Both the position numbers and the translations under genes were made by a program. From assembly GCF_009914755.1 (NCBI RefSeq), contig NC_060932.1: a stretch of 64,000 bases of DNA; one strand, 5' to 3'. Every line of letters begins with the position of its first letter. Position 1 is the stretch's first letter. This document shows, piece by piece, positions 50,343 through 63,504 of this stretch. The notes beneath the pieces were generated by a model, which did no database searches, had not been told where the DNA came from, and was given only the letters and a program-made list of their open reading frames with translations. This DNA comes from the human T2T-CHM13v2.0 reference genome, Homo sapiens.

Positions 50343-50614
50343 TTAGAAATTATAAATGAGGCATTATAGATGTATTTTATGCAAAAAAAAAAACTACAGA
50401 ACTTCCAATCAATGGACTCATAATCAATGAACTCATAATCAAAGAAGAGCTCTGGACTTATATCAAATCACTGACTAATGAAGATAGTGTTATATATGTG
50501 GGAATGAAGTAAAACTTTGTGAAGTGATAGTTAATTAAAATATGGCAAGCATTTATTACAGTACCTGACACACCAACATTACATAAATAGTGGGCATTAT
50601 TGTTAGTTAAAGTG

Positions 50615-50902
50615 TTTTTTTTTGTTTTTTTTTGAGAAAGAGTCTTGCTCTGTCACCCAGGCTGGAGTGCAGTGGCATGATCACCGGTCACTTCAGCTCA
50701 ACCTCCTGGGCTCAAGGAATCCTCTCCCTCAGCCTCCCAAATAGCTGGAACCACAGGCTAGTGCCACCACATTGACTAATTTTTTGTACTTTTTGTAGAG
50801 ACAAGGTCTCACTATGTTGCCCAGGCCAGTCTTGACCTCCTGACCTCAAGCAATCTTCCCGCCTCAGCCTCCTCCCAAAGTGCTGGGATTACAGGCATGA
50901 GC
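50615..50902 (-). mobile_element. AluJ
   Basis: J-type antisense dimer. Confidence 0.88.
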
Positions 50903-50954
50903 AGGCAGAGGTTTGTTATTTTACTCGACAAATACTGATTAAGAATCCAACTCT

Positions 50955-51991
50955 GGGCAAAAGGGAGCTGAGGGTTGGGGGCACCGTGGCACAACTGGCT
51001 TCAGCGATTGCAAACAAGATGCAGGACCCCAACGCAGACACAATTCTTTCAGACTTTCCTTGGCAGGCAAGATGCCCTTGTGGAAGATGTAATTTCCCGC
51101 CAAGGAAAGTCTGAAAGAATTGGAGAAAAAGGCAGAAGAGTAGCAGTGTGTCCTCTAGCAGTCAGTGGTAAAAACATATGAAGATATGACTTTGAAGAGC
51201 TGGAGGGTTGTGAAGACGAATGTAATGAGAAGAATGAACATGCTATTGAAATGTACAGAAAGCAGAGACTGGGTGAGTGGAAAGTAATTAAACTGAAGAA
51301 TAAATGTGGAGAAGTCTTCGAGGTCTCAGGAAAGGATTATGTTCAAGAAGTTACCTGGTGAGGGTTTGTGGGTCATCTTGCACCTTTACAAACAAGGACT
51401 TCCCCTCTGTGCCTTGATCAAACAGCACCTCAGTGGACTTGCCAGGAAGTTTCCTGATGTCAAATTAATCAAAGCCATTTCAACAACAACCTGCACACCC
51501 AATTATCCTGATAGGAATCTGCCCACGAAATTTGTTTACCTGGAAGGAGATATCAAGCCTCAGTTTATCCGTCCTCTGGTGTTTGGCGGCATGAACCTGA
51601 CAAGAGATGAGTTGGAGTGGAAACTGTCTCAATCTGGAGAAATTAACACAGACTTGGAGGAAAACCCTAAGAAACCAACTGAAGATGTGTTGCTGTCCTT
51701 AGTGTGGTGCTCTGTCCTCATGAAGAGGGACAGTGATTCCAAGGGTGACTGAGGCTGCAGCTGCTGTAACTTGCTGAACTTTCTTGTGACAAATTGTCTG
51801 GATTTTTTTAAAAAGGAAAAAGTAAGAATTAATCCTTTTGGTTTTTAGTTTTGTATAGATTATGTTTCAAATCTTTACATTTCAGAAGCAATCATTGCTG
51901 GAAATTTTGTTAATTTTTTTGGAACTCTTTTTTTTAAATTGTAGTATTTCCTTTAAAAAAATTAAAACCAGCTATTGGTATTAAAGAAAAA
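50955..51991 (+). pseudogene. PDCL3: Processed pseudogene of phosducin-like 3 (PDCL3), full length; which numbered PDCL3P locus it is was not determined
   Basis: ATG at 51019 (MQDPNAD). Later peptide [42 protein letters not shown]...[16 protein letters not shown]...[10 protein letters not shown], stop at 51750-51752. Intronless, with a premature TAG at 51141-51143 and frameshifts. 3'UTR with ATTAAA at 51961, A-tail remnant, and TSD aatccaac(t/a)ct at 50944-50954 and 51992-52002. Confidence 0.95.
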
Positions 51992-52002
51992 AATCCAACA
52001 CT

Positions 52003-52340
52003 ATTCCAGGCCCTGGGCATACAGTGATGAGAAAAACAACCCAGGACCCTGCCCTGTGGATCTTACCATTGAGAGGGAGAGGCAGACATTGACCAAATTA
52101 AAGAGTAAATCCTTAATTACAATGTCTGAGAAGGGCTATGAAGGAAAAGTACAGGAGGAAATGACAGCACACATTGGGGTCCTGGTCTACAGGGAGGGTC
52201 ACTAGGAAGTCTTTGAACTGAATTTTGCATCATGAGTCAGAGTTCACCAGACAAGGAAAGGGCAGGTTCCAGGCAGAGGGAACAGCATGTTCCAGTACCC
52301 TGCAGCATGGAAGACTGGCCCTGGGGCATCTGGAACATCC
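52003..52340 (-). mobile_element. L2 3' end that hosts the PDCL3 retrocopy (left stub at about 50918-50954)
   Basis: 'ccaggccctgggcatacagtg...ccctgccctgtggatcttac...ttccaggcagagggaacagcatg'. Confidence 0.75.
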
Positions 52341-54442
52341 CAGCCACATGCTGAAGTTTGAATCAGTTTGGAAAAACGATGAATGCAGTAGGGTTCATGC
52401 CAACATCTTTTATAGATTCTTTGTCTTTCTGACCAAAAATATATGTTTATGTCTTATCTACATTTTTCTTCCCATCATAATTATAAATTCAAGGAGAAAG
52501 TAAGGGAGGAAAAAAAAGAAGAAAAGACAAAGTCATGCATATCTTGGATGTTAAAGGGTAAGTCATAATTTGTCTGCTTCCTCCCAGGTAGAAAGAAGTC
52601 CATACAGTTAATTGTGGTCATGTGATTTAGAGAGGTCAGAAGTGTCCATTTTTAATGACTTCTTAATGTGTATAATTCTGGCATAGTCTGTAATCTTCCA
52701 CAGTGGAATAATACTTAAGACTTCTATTTGTTTTCTTTCCATTAGTTGCAGCTGTTTTCTACTGTTATTTTATTCAAGTAATTAACACACTGATTTATTT
52801 TGTCTTGGCAGCCTGGAGCAACAATGCTAAGAGTACACATTTTTATGACAAACAAACACACAGACCTTTTGAAAATGAATCACACTGGATTCCTTCTTTC
52901 CAGATTCTCCTGAAGTCAAGTAATAAGAATTCTGGGGAATTCATACACTATGGGCCAAAAAGGTTTTACAAACAACAATAATCTGCATAAACTCTTCACT
53001 CTTTAAGACCATTCGTCTTAGTCAGCTGATTTTCCTCAGAACACAACCAGTGTGATAAATGTGTGCATGTTCATATTTCAGCCAATGAGGAAGCCTGAAA
53101 AGCCATGGTGCTGAAAGTGCATTTCCCATAGCTCCTTGTTGTGAGATCATAAGGGGAAGATGTTGTATTGTGGATAAAATGCTCTGGATCTTAGCTGAGA
53201 CTAAGTTGCTAAGCAAGCCAGACTTTAAGGTTCAGAAAATTTACTCTGGACAGCAAATCTTAAACTTACAATGGTCTTAATTAAGGAGCAGTGAGTTAAA
53301 TTGAGTGTTTAGAGGCCAATTTTTTTTTAATTTTAAATAAAGAACATTTGTTTGGTGTGATACTGCCAACAGGATTTTATTCATTGTACTGGTCTCTCTT
53401 TACAACTCTGCCCAAGTAAACCAGCCAAATCCCCGTAGTCCATTCCAGAATCACACTGGGAACACCAGCATGAATTAATAGTAAGTCTGAGTTACACAAT
53501 AATTTGTGAATAGCACCCCCTTAACTGCCAATAAGAATTTGCAAAAACGCTAATGGCTAACCAGGTGTGGCCTAGAAAAAAAATGTTGATGACTTTTAAT
53601 GCAAAAATTCATGCCCAGCCAAACCAAAGGAACCTTTTTCAGGAGTCATGTGGCCTGGCTTCTCAACTCCGTTTTGTGGCTTATTCTGTGTGGGCTTGCA
53701 TAAATCAGTTGACCTGTTTATTCCTCTATTTTCTCATCTTTAAAATGAGGGGGCTGTGCTAATCATCTATATTCTTTTTTACTCCAAAATTCTAATTTCA
53801 CATCTCTACATCATTTCAAGTAGCACATGGTCTCTACATAAATGGATCCTGCTAAATTGATCCTCACAAAACGTTAAAAAGTTTACTTGTTTAAGTAGGT
53901 TAAACATCCCCACATTAGGAACTCTGAATCACATTCTCCCTATTAATTTTCTCATAAATAGCACAAAAGTAAGTTGCAACCCAGTTTTGCCTGCAATATC
54001 ATAAAATCTAAATTAGTTGAATTTAAACCGGTGAAATGTGGTGAAATGTTAAGTGTCATTTAAAATTTAAATTAATTGTGCATGTTCTGTCTTGGGTCCT
54101 TGTCTCTTTCTCTATACCATCTGCCCGGGAAATTGTAAATTGCCCAAGTTTCCACAGATATTCACAACTCCTGAGAGTCTAATTCCAGACAATTTCTCCC
54201 CTGAGCTCCAAACTAATATTTAATACTAATAGTTTCCACTTCTTGAGTGCCTCTTACAAGTCTGGTACTGAGTATGATTCTAACCACTTGGCCTCTACCT
54301 TTATAATACTCCTACTAAGTAAACATTGCTATCTCCATCATCAGGATGGAGATCAGAGAGTGATCAAGGCACACTTTGATCACTTGTCACTTGTCAAAGC
54401 CATCATTGTAATACAAGTCTTCCTGGCTCAGACATCCATGCA

Positions 54443-54736
54443 TTTTTTTTTTTTTTTTTGGATGTAGTCTCACTGTCACCTAGGCTGGAGTGCAGTGGTG
54501 TGGTCTCGGCTCACTGCAACCTCCACCTCCTGGATTCAAGTGATTCTTCTGCCTCAGCCTCCTAAGTATCTGAGACTACAGGCGTGTGCCACCACACTCA
54601 GCTAACTTTTGTATTTTTAGTAGACATGGGGTTTCACTATGTTGGCCAGGCTGGTCTCGAACTCCAGACCTCGTGATCCACCCACCTCAGCCTCCCAAAG
54701 TGCTGGGATTACAGGCGTGAGCCAATGTGCCCACCC
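54443..54736 (-). mobile_element. AluSg-like
   Basis: TSD cagacatccatgc at 54429-54441 and 54737-54749. Confidence 0.92.
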
Positions 54737-55009
54737 CAGACATCCATGCTCTTTCCACTGTTCCACAAAGGTGAACGACATCAGTAGAAAGGCAGGATAT
54801 TAAACCATGGTTACTGTTCCCGATGACAGTCTTCTTCTGGGCATAGAGAAGTGGGGGTTGGAGGAAAGGCACCGTCCAGTGAAGACGAGGTATGGAATCT
54901 GAGGTCAAGAGCCATGGCAGGCAGACTGGGAAGGCAGTTCTGGGTAGGGAGGGCACAGCTTTGTGGGCCAGGACAGGGAAAGTCAGCTGCCATAACACAT
55001 CATGGGGTT

Positions 55010-55304
<295 letters not shown>

Positions 55305-55422
55305 TCATGCGGTTGTCAAGAGGGAGCAAGGGGTGATGCCTATCATCTGATAGGAATATATGGAATAGATTTCATATTTTAAGAAAAGCATTTTGGAAGT
55401 TACTTTAAAACTGTTTTGGGAT

Positions 55423-55557
55423 ATTTTTTAGAGGTCTTGCTCTGTTGCCCTAGCTGTGCAGTGACACTACAGCCTCAAACTCCTGGGCTCAAGCCATCCT
55501 CCCACCTCAGCCTCCCAAATTGCTGGGATTACAGGTGTGGGGCACCATGCCGGACCT
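55423..55557 (-). mobile_element. Alu monomer fragment (FLAM/AluJ-like)
   Basis: 'cagcctcaaactcctgggctcaagccatcctcccacctcagcctcccaaattgctgggattacagg'. Confidence 0.75.
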
Positions 55558-56008
55558 GAAAAGCTTTTAAAGCTGAAATTGGATTATCTCACTCTTCTGT
55601 GCCACACCACTCCCTGACTAGGGTCAAAGTCTTCCCAGTGGTGGTAAGACCCTGCCTGCCCCTGCTGCCCATGATCACTGACCTCATCTCTTAATAAGGC
55701 CTTCTTCTCACCCTCCTCCAGCCTCACCAGCCTCCTCCCCTCTCACATCCAGCAGACACACTCTAACTCAAGGCCTTTGCACTGCTTTTCCCTCTGCCAA
55801 GAACACTCGTCCCCCAGGCATTTGTGAACCTCACTCCCTCGCCTCCTTCTGGATGTTGTTCAAATGTCTCCTCTGCAGTGAACCATATCCTAGACCACCT
55901 TATTGAAATCTGCAAACCTCTTCCTTTCTTGTGCCACAGACAGATGCCCTCCTCAATACACTGTTGCTGTTTCATGTTTCTCCAAAGCCTCATTACACTC
56001 TCACAGAC

Positions 56009-56857
56009 TGCTGTGGGTTGAATTAAGTCTCTCTAAAAAATGTTGCAGTCTTAACCCCCAGAGCCTGAGAAGGTAACATTATTTGGAAAGAGGGTCTGCT
56101 ATGTTTTGGCTGCTTGTCCCCAAAACCTCATGTTGAAGTTTGATCCCAGTGTTGGGGATGAAGCCTGGCGGGAGGTATTTGTTTCGTGGGGACAGGTCCC
56201 TCATGAACGTTTGGTGCTGTCTTCACAGTGTTGAGTTCTAGCTCTATTAGTTCCCATGAGCACTGATTGTTAAAAAGAGCCTGGCACTTCCTCCCCTCCC
56301 TCTCTTGCTTTGGCTCTGGCCATGTGACCTCTGCAAGGCTCCACTTTGCTTCCTGAGGCCTCACCAGAAGGAGATGCTGACACCAGGCTTCTTGCACAAC
56401 CTGCAGAATTGTGAACCAAATAAATCTTTTTTCTTTATGCATTACCCAGCTCAGTATTCCTTGTAGCAACACAAAAGTGGACTTAGACAGGATCTTTGTA
56501 GATTACCAACTAAAGATAGGGTCATTAGAGTGAGCCCTAATCCAATACAATTAGTGTCCTTATATAAAAAGAAATTTGGATACAGGGACACACAGGAAGA
56601 ACACCACACAAAGATGAAGGCAGAGATCTAGGTGATGCTCCTACAAGCCAAGGAACACCAAAGATTGCCAGCAAACCACCAGCAGCTGGGGATAAGACCT
56701 GGAACAGATCCTCCCTCACAGCCCCCAGAAGGAACCAACCCTGCTGACACCTCAATCTTGGACTTCCAGCTTCGAGAATTATGAGACAATAAACTTCTGT
56801 TGCCTAAACAACACAGTTTGTGGTACTTTGTTATGGCAACCTTAGCAAACTGAAACA
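56009..56857 (+). mobile_element. MLT1B/C LTR
   Basis: 'tgctgtgggttgaatt...atttggaaagagggtc|...acaagccaaggaacaccaaagattgccagcaaaccacc...ttagcaaactgaaaca'. Confidence 0.88.
56097..56489 (+). mobile_element. MSTB-like solo LTR nested in MLT1B/C
   Basis: 'tgctatgttttggctgcttgtccccaaaacctcatgttgaag...ggacttagaca'. TSD gggtc/ggatc. Confidence 0.88.
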
Positions 56858-57954
56858 TATACTATATCATTTGCTTGGGTTTTTTATTTATTACCTGTCT
56901 TCATCCCACTCCACCTGCTGCCTCCAAAGGTGAGCTCTACATAGGTAGGGATTTGTTTGTTTCTTTTTGCTCTTATATCCCAGCAGTACATATTTGTTGA
57001 ATGAACAAACAATTGCCCCTCAGACAACATTTCTAGTCTTTTCTCCCACCTTTCCCCAAGACAAAGTAATTTCAACTTTTACCGTAAATACCATGGACTT
57101 TGATACCTCCTTAACTTTGCTGAGGTTTTCTCTGCCTCGGATGGCCACTTGCCCTTGTCTCCCTGTCAAGGTCTCCTTATCATTTAAGTCATATCCATGT
57201 CATTCCTTCAGTGACAAACTCCCTTCCATCCCCTTTTCTGTTTTATTATCCACTGTGGATGTGGCTCTTTGCCTGTAAACAGTGGCCTCCTTGAGTTCTG
57301 GGACCATATCCCATTAATCTTTGTAGCCCCAGAACCTAGCCCTGTGTCTGGCACATCGGAGGTGCTCAGTCAATGTTTGCTAGATTGAATTAAATCTGTA
57401 TCCTGCAGCTTTCACTCTTGCTGCCCTTCCCTAGACTGCTAGCCACAGCAGGGTACAAGAGGATTAGAAGGAACTTTGCAGAGCAGAACTCAGATTAGGG
57501 CATTCGAGCGCTACAGGGCTGCGCCTCTCTGCAGAGTCTTTGTCTTCGTGCAATCTCTTGAGAGTTTCCTAAATTGTAACAGTCGGCAATGTTGTATCCA
57601 AATCACTCAGCTAAGCCTTCAGAGGCATTTGCCAGAAATCACACCAACATAAACAGCTCAATCAAAGAAGGAGTGCAAATCCTCCTTCTTTTTATAAAGT
57701 GGAGCAAGTATCCTGTTGGAAAAAGAAAAGAAAAGAAAAGAAAAAGACAGTCATTTGAGACACCACTTCCCAGGTTGCTGGGCAAGAATATGCTGGCTTG
57801 GATTACAGGTAATAGTCCTATCTGTTTTCCTTTCTGCCCTAGTTCTTTCTAGTGGGTGGAATAAAGACCCAGTGTTTTCACCCATCTTTGCAAAAAGGAT
57901 AAACCTGAGCCACCTCCAGAAATGAAGCAGGCATTGTGGGATTTTCTGGGTTTT

Positions 57955-58127
57955 GATTTTTTTTTTTTTTTAAGACATGGGATGTTGCTATGTTGCCCAG
58001 GCTGGAGTGCAGTGGCTATTCACAGCTTCTATCATGGTGCACTGCAGCCTCAAACTCCTGGGTTCAAGCGATCCTCCTGCCTCAGGCTCCAGAGTAGCTG
58101 ACACGACACTACAGGCACATGCCACCA
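57955..58127 (-). mobile_element. FAM (fossil Alu monomer)
   Basis: Diagnostic 'gcagtggctattcacag'. Confidence 0.85.
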
Positions 58128-58627
58128 AGAAGGTGAAGGGTGTGTTTGGTCAACATTCATTTAGACTATTTGAATATTCCTGTGGGTGTGATCTGAAAAG
58201 CCTAGAACAGGCTCAGCTTCCCAGAAATTCTAACTGAATGGGACTAAAATATTGAACGTGCATTCTAAGGACTCACTATTGGTTGTCAGAGGGTTATCTG
58301 CCCCTCTCTGCTTTCCAAGAGGCATTAGCTCTCAGAGTCTTGCAGTCATTACTAGAACAACAGAATAGGCCCTAGGAGACACAGAAAATGCCAAATAACA
58401 TAATTTATATCTTCACTCCTTGTGGGTACTATCATAGCTAGGTTAGCTTCAAATTCATAAGAATAAATAACTTCATTAACTCTCATTGTATGCATTTAAT
58501 TGTAACCTGTTTAAAAATGCTGAGTTAATCATATTCAATAGGTCATTCAGTTATAGACACAAACTATGAGCATATTCAGTGCTGAGGTCTGTGCTTTTCT
58601 TTAAATCCATCACAAAAGGGTGCCCCT

Positions 58628-58899
58628 GCCAAGCATGGTGGCTCATGCTTGTAATCTTAGCACTTAGGGAGGCCAAGGTGGGAGAATTGCTTGAGGCCAG
58701 GAGTTCGAGACCTGGGCAACATAACAAGACCCCGTCTCTACAAAAAACTTAAAAATTAGACAGACGTGGTGGTTCATGCTTGTAGTCCCAGGTACTCAGG
58801 AGGCTGAGGCAGAAACATCACTTGAGCCCATGAGTTCAAGGTTGCAGTGAGCTGTGATCATGCTAGCCTGGGAGAGAGAGTGAGACCCTGTCTCAAAAA
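58628..58899 (+). mobile_element. AluJ
   Basis: J-type dimer. Confidence 0.88.
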
Positions 58900-58931
58900 G
58901 GGGAGGGGGGAGTAACTCCTGTTTTTGACTT

Positions 58932-59225
58932 ATTCAGTAGAAACTGTACTTTGAATACACATACAACCATTCTGTTTTTCACTTTCAATAAAAATTCAAT
59001 AAATTACATGAGATCTTCAACACTTTATTTAAAATATGCTTTGTGTTAGATGATTTTGCCCAACTGTAGGATAATGTAAGTGCTCTGAGAGTGTTGACGG
59101 CAGGCAAGGCTAAGCTGTGATGTTCAGTAGGTGAGGAGTATTAGATGCATTTTCAACTTAAACAGTGTGTTCGACATACGATGGGCTTATTGGGAGATAA
59201 CCCATCATAGATTGAGGAGCATCTG
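58932..59225 (-). mobile_element. MER47A-like Tigger-family DNA transposon
   Basis: 'accattctgtttttcactttca...tttgtgttagatgattttgcccaactgtagg...gaggagcatctg' followed by TA. Confidence 0.8.
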
Positions 59226-59601
59226 TATATTTTGTGTTTATGGCTAAAGAACTGTCCTCAAATTCTTAATAATTCAGTTCAGCCCTCCACTTGGTCCCCT
59301 AAATTCACTGTGGAGACACATATTTGCATGCATGATCAATCTTTGTGTATTGGCCCCATAATACCTCGAGCTACTACTACTATTACCATAATAATAATAA
59401 TAATAATTATTATTATTACTACTACTATGGCATGGACAGGCCTTTGTCCAGTGGGACTGGTGGTTCTTAACAAGTAGCTAATCACAGTCACCTTTCAGAT
59501 CAAAGAAAAGCAGTAGCTTCTCTCCAGAAACGCTTCACAGGCTTCACACACTATTTTATCTATAATTTTAGGAGGTGCAAAAAGTTAATATCCCTCTAAA
59601 G

Positions 59602-59979
59602 CAGCTGTCAGCAACTTCTTCTGTAAAAGCCAGATAGTAACTATTCTAGACTCTGTAGGTCAAGAGGTAAAATCTTGGACATTATGTATGTACTTATATA
59701 TTAAGAGAGAAAATAAATTCCCACACACTTTAATTGATAAAATTCAAAATATAGTAATAATAATTGAGTATAATCTTTCTGTAATATAAGTCTACTAATG
59801 GGAAGAATGGACGTGGCGGGGAAGGAAAAACAGCTCACCTAATTGTGATTGGAAGTTAGCATTCCCTATCCCCAAATCCATGGCAGATGTTTGCTTGTAG
59901 GAGTGATTCTTAGCTTGAGGGCCTTAGGAGTGCAGGCAGTGGGCTGGATTTGGCCTAAGGGCTGGTTTGCTAATCCCTG
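59602..59979. mobile_element. MER58-family (hAT-Charlie) element, complete
   Basis: Terminal inverted repeats 'cagctgtcagcaac' and 'gtttgctaatccctg'. 8-bp TSD ctctaaag at 59594-59601 and 59980-59987. Confidence 0.88.
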
Positions 59980-61915
59980 CTCTAAAGAGCTAGAGACCGA
60001 GGTCTAGGCTATTTTCAGGAGACCCTGCTATGACTGTGCGTAGGGTTGACCCTAACTAGATGCTGCTCTTGGCTCTGAACCCTGGTGACAGGAAACAGGC
60101 CTACACAGCAGCAGCCTCCAGAGCCAGCAAGGATTCCTGGTACAATGTTCTCACAGCAGGGCTGACTGGCTGCTAAATTGGGGCCACATTCCCACTGCTT
60201 GGAGCTGCAACCAGGAATGCGCGGTATACTAAATTCTATTAACCTACATTCTATGACCTCCATAAAACTTTCTCCATAATCAGCAAGAATAACAATGCAT
60301 AGGGAAAGAAATTCCTCTGCCCGGTGTTTGAAAATTGAAATGTAAAAAGCACATCAATGGATAAGGCTTTTTAATGAATACAATTGTTTTCTTAATCTGC
60401 AGTTATCTTTCAATCAATAGTCACTTTCAGAAAAAAAAGACCATCTTGAAAATTTTTTAAAGCTTAGAATAAATCACAATAAACTAATCAAGAGGCAGTG
60501 TTCAGCAAAAACGATTATGTGAAAATGTTAGTCTTGTCCTCACACAGTTCATCTCTTCCTACTTAAAACATTCAACAGTGGTAACAGTCAATCATGAGAG
60601 AAATGTAATTCTATATAATGTTTTCAGGCCTAAAATGTATGAAAAGCTTAGGCCACAAAGAAGAATCATAAATGCATTTCATTGTCGGCTGGAACCTATC
60701 ATTTTATTTCATTAATGGTTAAATAAATAAATAAATGCAACTCCCTTGATTCTAGAGGGGGCAGCACGGTTTGTGGCAAACTTGGTGCAAGTTCTCCACC
60801 TAGTGGATATTTTGAAAAGTGTAATAAAATGTAAATAGGCATGCCTGTTTGTGATACAGACACAAAGACACCAAGAGTAGTGGTGACCGGACTCCATATC
60901 AGTCAGTGACATCCTATCAGGTGTTCATCTTTTTTCTTTCCTATTTTTTCTCTTCCACCCAGGCGCTACAGAGTTCAATGTGATCCACCTGCCCCAGGCG
61001 GTCGCTTAGACGGATTGCTCCATGCCGGAGTCTCAAGAATGGGCCCATGCCTCCTGGAATCCGGCACCACGGCTATTCCAACTGCAGTGCTGCCATGCCA
61101 CCAGCATGGATGGCCAATGACAAGGCTGGCTGGCTTCTGTGGAGTGAGCCCTTCTCTCTTCCTGCTTGTTCAGTGCCTCAGGCATGGTGGATGCTCTCTG
61201 GCAGGCTCCAATGAGAGAAACCAAGACCTTCATGCCAGTGCCCAGCCACTCGCTTCTACCCCAGACCTGCTTGTCCCTGATGGTCCAGGCTTTCTCCTTG
61301 CAGGCCTAGGCCCACCAGCCCAGCCGTCTGCCCCAGTTCAGGAATCCCTGCCACTCTCCTTAGCGCTCAGTTGATGATGGGGCGCACTGCCCAACTCACC
61401 ACCCCTTGGCGTTCCTATCACCTCTGTGTTTCAGGGCCAGCCTGAGAGAAGCTGCAGCGCAGCAGCAGTCCAGTGTCGGCTTGCATCTTATCCCACGCTG
61501 ACCCATCCACAAACTAAGTTTGGCCTTTCTCCTCCTCCACCAGCGATCAAGAAGGACCCCCACCATGCAGACAGAGTAAAAAGAGGAAGAACCGGTATGC
61601 CTGTGGTGGAAGAATGGGGGTCTGAAATCCCGCCGTTGGTTTTTTTTTTTCCTACTCTTTATTTTTCTCAAAACTTTAAAAATGCAATCTCAACTTTTGT
61701 ACCTCAAACTGATTCTAGTACTAGAACTCCTATGTTAGGTAATGAAATGGGGAAGAGCGTGAGTGTAGGACGAATAGGAGAGGGATACGAAATGATTGAA
61801 AGGAAGAAATAGCTGCATTGGAGGATGTGCGTGGGCCATATCTGGAGAGAGGATGAATGAGTAGAAAATTGAGAACTTTCTCCACTTGCCTTCCATGCTT
61901 CATGCTTTTTAAAAA

Positions 61916-62217
61916 ATTTTTTATTTTTAGAGACAAAGCCTTGCTTTGTCACCCAGACTGGAGGGCAATGGCGCAATCATAGCTCACTACAGTCTCCACC
62001 TCCCAGGCTCAAGCCATCCTCCCACCTCAGCCTCTTAGTAGCTGAGACTTCAGGTGCACGCCACCATGCCTGGCTATTTTTTTTTTTTAATTATTATTTG
62101 CAGAGACAGAGTCTCACTGTATTGCCCAGGCTGGTCCTGAACTGCTAAGCTCAAGCAATCCTTCCGCCTCTGCCTCCCAAAGTGTTGGGGTTACATGTGA
62201 GAGCCACCAGGCTCAGC
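61916..62217 (-). mobile_element. AluJ
   Basis: J-type antisense dimer. Confidence 0.88.
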
Positions 62218-62227
62218 CCACCATGCT

Positions 62228-63125
<898 letters not shown>

Positions 63126-63133
63126 GTCGTGTC

Positions 63134-63470
63134 AGCCTGGAGTGCTGGTGCATGCCTGTACTCTCAGCTACTCAGGAGGCTGAGGCAGGAGGGTCACTTG
63201 AGCATGGGAGTTCAAGGCTACAATTAGCTATGACTGCACTTGTGAATAGCCACTGCAAGGCTGAGCCCGGTAGCTCACTCCTGTAATCCCAGCACTTGGG
63301 GAGGCCAAGGCAGGCAGATCACTTGAGGTCAGGAGTTTGAGACCAGCCTGGCCAACAAGATAAAACCCCGTCTCTACTAGAAATACAAAAAAAGAAAAAA
63401 GAAAAAATAGCCACTGCACTCCAGCCTGGGCAACATAGCAAGACCCCATCTCTGAAATATAAAAGAAAAA
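63134..63470 (+). mobile_element. FAM monomer interrupted by an Alu left monomer (63259-63405)
   Basis: FAM 'tgtgaatagccactgca' is duplicated as a 13-bp TSD aatagccactgca at 63245-63257 and 63406-63418. Confidence 0.85.
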
Positions 63471-63504
63471 TAATGAAAATATATATATGAAATTCAAAAA
63501 AAAT

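Larger units (their letters stand above)
55560..57010 (+). mobile_element. L2 3' region interrupted by MLT1B/C and MSTB LTRs
   Basis: 'ctcaaggcctttgcactgcttttccctctgcc...tcaaatgtctcctctgcag' continues after 56857 to 'atatttgttgaatgaa'. Confidence 0.75.

Noticed and set aside
50407-50442. 15-bp tandem duplication (aatcaatg(g/a)actcat)
   Set aside because: Ordinary slippage-type duplication with no further structure.
51306-51752. 148-aa ORF as a functional phosducin-like gene
   Set aside because: It starts at a non-ATG codon in a shifted frame. The copy is intronless, with an upstream stop, frameshifts, tail and TSD, so it is a processed pseudogene.
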